A DNA stretch of 64,000 bases from NCBI RefSeq assembly GCF_964194025.1, contig NC_134474.1:17670001-17734000 (forward strand). The letters are read 5' to 3'. Shown one piece after another: positions 39,401-48,400 of the stretch; position 1 is the first letter of the stretch; each line of letters starts with the position of its first letter. The stretch is from Convolutriloba macropyga (taxonomy: Eukaryota). Both the position numbers and the translations under genes were made by a program. The notes beneath the pieces were generated by a model. It did not search any database. It saw only the letters and a program-made list of their open reading frames with translations, and had not been told where the DNA came from.

Positions 39401-42400
39401 AGTCCTGTCTTGGACTGCTTGACTCACGATACCTTGTTCGGGAATCGTTTCGATCATATTGTCGTTCCCTGGAATAGTTCCTATTATCCTGGGGTCTACG
39501 ATCGTTGGATCTGCTATTATAGCGTCGATCTCGATTCTCAAAGCTTTGTGAGCGATTTCTGAAGTTATTGTTCTCAGATCTAGGATGAGGAGAGTATTGT
39601 CTGCGGTTATCTTGGTTGTAGTAACTGTTATGTGGTCTAGTGTCTTGTCTGTATCGGTTCTGATTTCTATCATAACTATCTTCTCTTGGACGACGTTCTC
39701 TATAGCTTTGATAGTTATCTCTAAACTTATCTCTTTGCTGTGGTTGTTGTCTGTTTTGTTCTTTAAAGTCTCTGTTTGCATAGCAATATGCTATTGTGTG
39801 ACCCGACTTTCTGCAAAATTTACAAAATCGTGTGTAATTTTGTTTATTTCTAGGCTCGTTTGGGTTGTAGGCTGCGCTAATTCTGTTGTTTTTCATTAAA
39901 CTTGCTAATTCTTGGAGCTGGTCTTTTATACCATCTATCTCCATTTTATTGTCTATGCTGCTAGATGCTGTACCTGTGAAATCACTACTTACTGCAAAAC
40001 TTAAGTCTTTAGAGCTAACTTGATTTCTAAGTTGTTCCCATGTTGCGTTGGGTGTTTCTATCAAATATTGATGCGCTTTTTGTTTAAGTGCTGGAGGAGT
40101 TAGTCCTCTTACAAAAAATTCCATACACTTAGTTTGCCTTTGAGCATCTGTGAATGGGTCGGGCCATCCCTTTTCCACTGCTTTTGTTAGTCTGTGTACG
40201 TAACTTTTGATTAATTCATCTGGTTGTCTACGAATGTTTTCTACCTCAATTCGTTTTCTGTACTTGTCTTTCTCGTCTGTGAATCTATTTAGGAAACCTG
40301 TCCTAACATCATCCCATGGTTCCGCTGCGGGCAAGGAATCGAACCATTGGGCTGCTGGTCCTCTTAAGACTGAGCCAAATAATGCTTTTCTACGTGCGTC
40401 ATATGCATTTTGTGCATCTCCTGGTCCTGGTCTAACTCCTAATGAAAACTCTATTTTTCTCTCTATTAGACTTAGAAAATCTGCTACGTCCTCACTTGGG
40501 TCTAAGCCTGTAAATTTTTCAAGAGAAATGTCTGGGTATGCTACGATGTTAGCCATTTTTGTTTTAAGGTTTTTGTTGAATTATTACTAAGTTTTTATAT
40601 GAAAAAGATACTATAAACGAAAGAAGCAATATAAAAGTCTAATCAAAAGAATTTGAAGCTATGCAAAGGTCAAACAATTTTTTATAGAATTTAGAAAATA
40701 TTCAGACAATTTGCTTAAACAAATGGTCCTATCTCAAAAACACTATTTGGGGTACGAAGTGCGTCTAAAATTTGGTTAAACTTTGGGTTGTTTTCCGCAT
40801 GTGTTATGTAACAAGCTAGTCCTGGAATGTTATCAAAATTAATGAAAATGTACATATATTGCTTTTTCTTATCTAATTTATAACTAGTAACTTTGCCTGT
40901 ATTATGACCAAGTTTGATTATAATATTCAAGAAGTTAGCGTCAATATTCATCGAATTCAACTTTTGCTCTAAAAAAGGTGTAATTTTTGACAGTATAAGT
41001 TACAAAATTAGGTACTAGAGTGAACTAGAGTTCAATATAACTATTGGGCGTGTGCAAAGCTTTCAAAGTTTTGTAAAAATCAGGATTAGAACTTGCATAT
41101 GTTATAAAACTGTGTAGGCGCGGATCGTTAACAAACCTGTAATAAATAATCAGAGATTGTTTATCGTTATTTAAGGTGTACCTTTTAACTTTTGCAACTT
41201 TATCGTCGTACAAAATTGTTACATTTAGATGCTTTGTACTAATATCCATAAGCTTGAATATAAGACAATAAGAATAAAAATGAGTTTTTGTTTTATTTTT
41301 CACTTCGTTTTATACAAAAATTTTTGAGATTAAATAATTATGGGCATTTGTTCATTCGTTGATAGCAACCATCTTCGGTTAGTCGAAATTCTATCCAGAA
41401 AAATTTTCCTGACTGACAAAATTTTGGTTTTTGATTGCTTTCAGAGTAGGCGGTTGTTAGTATTGGCCTATATACTCTGACTCGATAGGAAATGATTTGA
41501 TTATCGCTATCAGATTTTCTTATTAGAACACAATAAACTATTTCTTTTTGGATTATTTCTTTAACAAAGTCAGGTAGTGTGGGTGATAACATGCAAACTT
41601 TTTCAAACTTATAGAGTTTATTATCTGGCAAGGGTACTAATTTCAGATTTTGGCTGCTTTCGCTCATTTATTGGAAGCGTGTGGTAGAGTGTACATACAT
41701 TGTAAATCGATGATTGAGCCACGTTTATTAAGTCTATTAAACAAATAATCTAGAGAGGTGTTTTCAGTTTTGAAAATGGTTACTTGACCAACAGTTTTTG
41801 TTATTTTGATACGGTAGACTATTGTCACGTATGATTGTTCAACGTCAGTGACGTATTTGAGCACTCGACAGTCTGCTGAGTTATCCTTAATACTTATTTG
41901 TTTGTCTCCTATTAGGTATTCCATAAACTTTTTTGCAAAAACTGGAAATTTAAATTTGTTGAAGTGAATTTGTAGCAGAATTATACGTAACCCAACAAGT
42001 GCAATCGAATATATGGCTCAGAAAAACGAAGGAGAAACTTAAATATTACAAAATACCAGTAAAGGGAACGTTTACTGAAAAAGGTTGCACGAAAAGATCG
42101 TGTTATTTCCTTTAAGTTTGCCGTTTTGGTGGTTAGTTTTGGACAAAACGCTATATTTCTATTAGTATATGAACTTAAAACAGGCGTTAATAGTCTTCAA
42201 TAGCTATTTTCTTGTTTCTGTGTTCGAATATTTAGTCATACTTCAGGATTATTGGCGAATTTCAGGAAATTATTCGGAATTTTGAGGCCAATTTTGAGAT
42301 TTGTGCCGCTAATTTGTATCCAAAATGAGATATTTTTCACTTGTTGTGGTTCAATTTGGGTAATTTTTTACAAGTTCTGGGCAATTTTTGGATTACCTGA

Positions 42401-45400
42401 GTGAATTTTGGGTCAATTTTGGGCAAAAAATGACAATTTTGGGTCAATTTTGATCAATTACCAGATCAATTTAGACAAAATATTGTAAGATCTTGGCAAA
42501 TTTTGACAATTCTTTACCAAAAGCGGGTGTTTTCTTAATGAAACAGGGTGAAATCGGGAAAATTTTGGCTAAACTTGACAATTTTTTGACAATTTTGGGC
42601 TAATATGTCAATAATTTGGGTCAAATCTAATAGTTTCGGGTTAAAATTATTTCAATTTTGTGTCTAAAAGCAAAAATTGTGGTCAAAATTTACTACATAT
42701 AGTTAGTTATTGGTTAATTTCAGGCAAATTCTGGATTAAAACCGATAAATTTGCATGAATTTCAGATAAAAACTGAAATATTTTGGTCAAAAATGGGCAA
42801 ATTTAGGACTAAAGGCTCTAAAATTGGGCACTTTTTAGGTAAAAATTGAAAAAATTTGGTCTAAATAAGTGAATTTTAGGAATATATGAGCTTAATTTGG
42901 CAATTTTAGAGAACAATCTGGGCTTATTTTGGTGAAATTTAGTGGATTTTGGCACCAAAACTCAATTATTTAGTCAAAACTGAGGTGAATTTAGGCAAAA
43001 AACACACAATTTCTACACCAAACAGGGCTAAATTCTTCAAAAATCTAATAAAATTTAAAAGTTTTCACTTTATTCCGGACAATTCTTGTGAAAAATTCTG
43101 TAAAATTGGCTGATTTTAGGAGGAATTCTCATAAATTCCTGTTAAATTAGGCAGAAAATAGGCAAAATCGGGCTAAAAATCTCATAAAACCAACTTTGCT
43201 TAACTCAAAACTATGAAATTTTGGAAATTGGGGGGCTAAATCGGGGCGTTATAGTGACTGCTGGGGTGTTTGGTTAACAATACAACGTTATTTGTAGCTA
43301 TCAGAGTGATTTATTAACTTCTAGATACATTAAAAGGTACACTATGCATGTATAATGAAGCAAAACAACGTTAAACTAGGCTTATTTGCATGTGGGTCAA
43401 TTTGTTTTTGCAATACTATGGGTTTGGAGGATGATAAGTTCGACAATTTAAATGATAAATCAAAAGTTAAGATGTATAGGACACGCTAAGGTTAAGTTAC
43501 GGACAATAAATGCGAGCTAGATTAATGAATATTGATGTATGATTTCGTATATAGGACTAGGGGGGATAGTACAGTTCGTTATGCTAACAGTATTAAAGAT
43601 TTGGTTAAGTTGAACACAATTATTTAGTCTAAAAGTAACATTAATGTGACCGGTCTTGTCGAATTTTGTGCGGGGGGGAGTACAAATACGTCTTTTTATG
43701 ATACACAATTATGTACTCACGTGTGCGCTTAAAAAACCAACCTACAGTGTCAAAATTTGGGTCTGAGAAGCAAAGAACCGGTGCTCAAAGTTATTAAATC
43801 AGTGGACTGTTCTTTTGTGGGGAGAACCCGTCTCTTTTAGTCGGTCGTAATTGAGACGTTCAGAATCTTAGAACATCTCACACAGGTACTGGGATAGCGC
43901 GGTATGTGGCCCTACCATAGAACCTGTGTGACCTCTGGGTTTTTGGTTTGGAAAACTAGCCACAAAAAGTCCACCAGGCTCCTAAATGTGTGAGCAACCG
44001 ACGTTCTTTATTCCTCGTCGCACCAGTTTTTAACTCTGATGTGGTAGGTATTTTATTCGCTTGATCTTAATTACCACACTAGAGCTAAACCTATATTATT
44101 GTAGCGACCTTAATTGCGTGCTAGAATAAGTCTCACAATATGCTCACAATGTTCTTTGCTAATTTCCAAATCTATGTGTTATTTGCTAGAAAATAAAATT
44201 GGTTAGATACAAAGGTTAATTAGTAAATAGATAAAAATGATAGAGCACAATTGGGGATTAATTCCTACTTGAAAATATGGTGGGGTATCTAATCTTAATC
44301 AAGAAATTGAATCCATCTTACTGCTGGATATGAATAATAATTTAACTCTATTTTTGTTAGAAAATTGGCAGACTTACAATTGCTGCAGATAGTCCCGCTT
44401 AGCGGAGAAAATAGTGGTTTCGCTCTTAGAGCAGAGAGAGGAAGAGAGAGAAGAGAATTTTTTGGTTAGATTTTTAGCGTCTTACTTTCGCGCTGGTTGA
44501 GTTTTGTTCTGATTTCCTTCAGCAGCAAAATCTAGTCTCGTGCGTGTTTATAATTGAGTCAACACGACTAAAAAATCACAAGACCTATGACTAGCTCCGA
44601 ATCAATTCCTAGGTTATTCGTGGAGCCGACTACTACTCGTCTTTAGTCATATATTCGTTTCAGAATTGGTGCTGAAGAGCGGCCTGGATAGCTTCAGTAT
44701 CCTTCACGTATTACGCGTATTAATAGCGGTGGTGAATCAGCCGGTATGGACCGCTGCATAGTGTATTAAATAATACACAGCAGTGTTTGGCTATGAATAA
44801 TGTATTCATTCACTCAACGCAATTCACGCAGCATAGCTCTCTCTTAATATTCCGTCAGTTTAGACTAAGTCTAAAGTGTTCACAAAGTCGACGGTTAAAT
44901 AATTATACTCTCTGTAGTATCGGTAATTGCGGCGGCAATTATCCAATTAGCAATACTACACCATGAGCAGCGGTCCGCTGGTGCTCGCAACTACTCGATG
45001 CCTGGAAAAATCATACTTTTGATAACATCCTGTTTTTGAGACCTTCGTTACTTAAATCAAAATTTAGGAAATCTCTAAATTACATACATTTTAGGAATTT
45101 TCTATTACTGGACAGGTAGGGCTTATATTCTGCACTCGCTATTTTATTTCCAATTTGACGTGCTCTTTTTATCCCAAACTATTATTGCTATTTACTCTAT
45201 TGTATCCAATAAATAGGCTTTTAGCGAGAAAATGAAAATTTTTGAATTTTTTTCCTTGTCTGTCAAACCCAACTATCTGTGTTTTGGTCAATATTGCAGC
45301 ACTTTTATCGCTAAGCACTCTATTGAGGAGCTTCGTATGTACGCAGTTATTAGTTTGCGTGCTAAAATTTTCAGACACAAACCCATTGTTTTTTCAATTG

Positions 45401-48400
45401 TGCCAAAACTAAGTAGGAAACAAAAAAGCCTGGCAAATAATTGAGAAAGGTAAATTGAAAAATATTTCGCACTCCCGTTACAAATAATTTGTTTTTTTTA
45501 TTTCCTCGAAAAAATTTTTCGTGTTATGTTTCAGGACAACTGCTACATTGCAGTAAAATTTTTCAGAGGAAATGACACAACGAAATATTGGTAACAGAAG
45601 TGCGTCAACTTTTCAGTTTATTTGCCAAGCTAGAAACTTCTATTCCTTTGAAAATTATCAACAGGAGCCCGACAAATTTAACCGCATACTTAGACAAGAG
45701 AATTGCCTCAGGACTGTCTAAACAATTTTTTAGTACAGAAAAAGTGATCTCGTATGTTTTTCTGATTATATTTAATGTTCTTGACAAATGATATCACTCG
45801 ACAGGTTCCGACCTAAATGATTGTCCCTCCATGCTCTATACGTATTCATGTATTGTGCAATTTATACAGCATTTGGTAATTCAAATCTAATCTAAAAAGC
45901 TCATGCAAAAGTTACAAGTTGCTTCATTTTGTCATATATCGCTATCGCTGAATGTTTTTAATCTTAAATAGCATATAAGAATCATATATGGAAATCTTGG
46001 CAACCATAGCAAGATCATATTAAAAAAAAATTTGTATGGCCTGTATGGGACCAGATATGGTTCCCAAGAATCGTCAACCCGGGTGCTGACCAAACCTTTT
46101 TCTTGAGGTAAATGGCGGAATTGCTGTTGTGTTCTATCAAGTCACCCTTGAATTCTTTGTGCTTAACTTATTTGACATTGGTTTCCTCAGGGGTGCTTTT
46201 TTGTTTTAGTTCTCTCCGCGGAAACGAACGCCAACTGCGTGGAACAGTAACAATCAACCTAGCCCTCTCTCTTCTGCTTCTCAACATATCCTTCATCGTA
46301 GCCGCCCTCCGAACCCGATTTGACCATTCCTCAATTTGCGATTGGGTCGCCCTCTCCATGCACTATTTCACCCTTACAACACTCCTGTGGTTCGTAGCCG
46401 ACGCTGTCTTTCTATTCCAACAATTGTCAACTCATTTTGAAGTGCGAGGAACCAACAAAACCGGTGCGAGTGTTGTGGTGTCCAACGGGACTCGAACCCA
46501 GAACGGCAATGGACCTGGAGTGTCCAGTACTCTGGGTTCGGTTGCGGTCGGGAGGGTTGGAGGGGCGTCCCCGAATAGTGGGGCGATGGTGCTAAACAGT
46601 CAAAATTGTCTCTCAATGCCTGCTTTGAAGTATTTCGTCATTGCCTGGGGTGAGTTGACGTAATGCTTGTCATGTTAGCCGACAGGGGGCTTAGACGACA
46701 AAATCATGAGAAATTTAGCTGGTGACCGCCGGAGAGTACTGGAGAGTGTAACTAGGTGGTTAGACCTTCGTTACGCTGGATGATAAAAAAACTACCATTC
46801 CATTCTCAGTTTAGGAAATATCCTCTCAAATTGACCAATCACAACTCCAGAATTGTTCTATTTGCTCCTTTTTGGCTAAATTTTGCAATCTTTGTTTTCG
46901 ACTAAGCCCCTAATGCGTCGTCCGCCAGCTAAACCGTATATCAGAAAGTAGCAGAATAAACAAATTTGTTTGTTTCAGTGACCCCACTGCTGATAATTGT
47001 CCCGATGTTGATGATAAACAATGGAGAGTTGTTCCATATCAACGATATATAGTAAGTTCAACATTAAGTTGGAAAGATATCGCATTTTTTGAAAAGTCTA
47101 GGATTAAAAAAAAATATCACTTGTCCTTTATTTTCTTTTGAATCGACCACTGAATTGAGATTTTCATGCTGCCTTAATAAAGAAAACAAACAGGTGTTAA
47201 AACAGGAGTTTGAACTAACTAATTGCAACTTATAGAACCTTTAAACAAATACTTATTTTTGAAATCATTAGGTATTCTTTCAACTTTGAAAAAACAACTG
47301 ATTTGTCTGATGATATGCTAACATTTAACTCAATTGATTGGATAATTTTTTGTTTCAGCTGTAGGATAACTGACCAATCAGAGCAGATAGCTTACTATCT
47401 CTCATTGGCTGTTCCCGCGGCCATCGTGGTCATTGTGGGCCTTTGTGTCTATCTATTTGTCATTCTGTGGATTTACTGCTGCAAAAACTGCTGTTCTCAC
47501 TCTAACCAGTTACCACACATGCCCTTAAACGACGGGTACCTAGAGACCCTTAGCAGCACATTAAGCAAAAACACAAATTGTCACCAACAACATCACCTCC
47601 TCAACCCGGGTTCGAACCCCAGCGGGACCCCCTCTCCAAACAATTTTCACAAAGGTCCAACAGTTTTGTACGATACTTCAGACGCAAGTTTGACAGCTTT
47701 TAAGAAACACGTTTTGTCAATGACAATTTTGCTTGCCTTGTTTTCTGCAACATGGCTTTTCGCTCAATCGCTGGACCTCCAAACTTTCGACTTTGTATTC
47801 TGCTTTGCAAACGTCACTCAAAGCTGGCTATTTTTCTCTGAAAAGTGCATCCTTCTTTCCGAAGCGAGGAATGCGTGGAAAAGGTTGTTCAACAATGCCG
47901 GGGCCGATTCTAGAAACGAAGACACGGCCAGGGGTAAACTTTTACCCAAAAACTCATCGCCTGCTAACTACGGAGGTGCAGTTTCACCAACTCATAGCTT
48001 AGTTTCCACCATGAAAGACACACTAGACAAACGGGAATTAATTAACAATCATTCTACAATGCCAACGATGGTTAACAGAAACCATTCAGCTTCGCAAAGT
48101 TCCATCCAAAATACGATTAAACTCGATAGAGCGTCGCCTGCCTCGGCTACAAACCCAATTTTAAACTCCTCAAGCAACATCGCGGGTTACGACACGAAGT
48201 CGCCTTCGTATAACCAGAACAAACCAAATCGTCAGAACCCCACTTCGGGCAACTCGACAATCCGAAAGGAAACCAGTAATGTATTGTCCAACGGAAATTT
48301 CCACGCCCCGAGAAAACCACCGCCCGATTTTATTAGCCCGACGTTACCCAAAAACAGTCTAATTAGCCCGAACAACACTGCTCTGGAATCTCTCTCGGTT

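Larger units (their letters stand above)
26833..44960 (-). mobile_element. 18.1-kb env-bearing Ty3/Gypsy (Metaviridae-like) LTR element with ~12 accessory ORFs
   Basis: Two 933-bp direct repeats; CCAT duplicated at 26829-26832 and 44961-44964; PBS; gag; pol in PR-RT-RH-IN order; env. All coding ORFs are on the minus strand. Confidence 0.97.

Noticed and set aside
39269-39781. 170-aa ORF overlapping the gag tail in another frame
   Set aside because: The I/T/E-rich sequence is the expected shadow of repetitive R/N/D/S codons. It has no motif and is not the pol frame.
33425-40590. Plus-strand ORFs antisense to env, pol and gag (e.g. 35508-35903, 36071-36397, 40207-40590)
   Set aside because: Antisense shadows of real coding sequence, with no independent signals.
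42250-43250. CRISPR-like or coding tandem repeat
   Set aside because: No fixed repeat unit with unique spacers, no ORF, eukaryotic context. Only the periodicity is conserved.
43517-43708. 63-aa ORF in the element leader
   Set aside because: Non-ATG start, no similarity to the paralog family, and it lies just inside the predicted leader intron.
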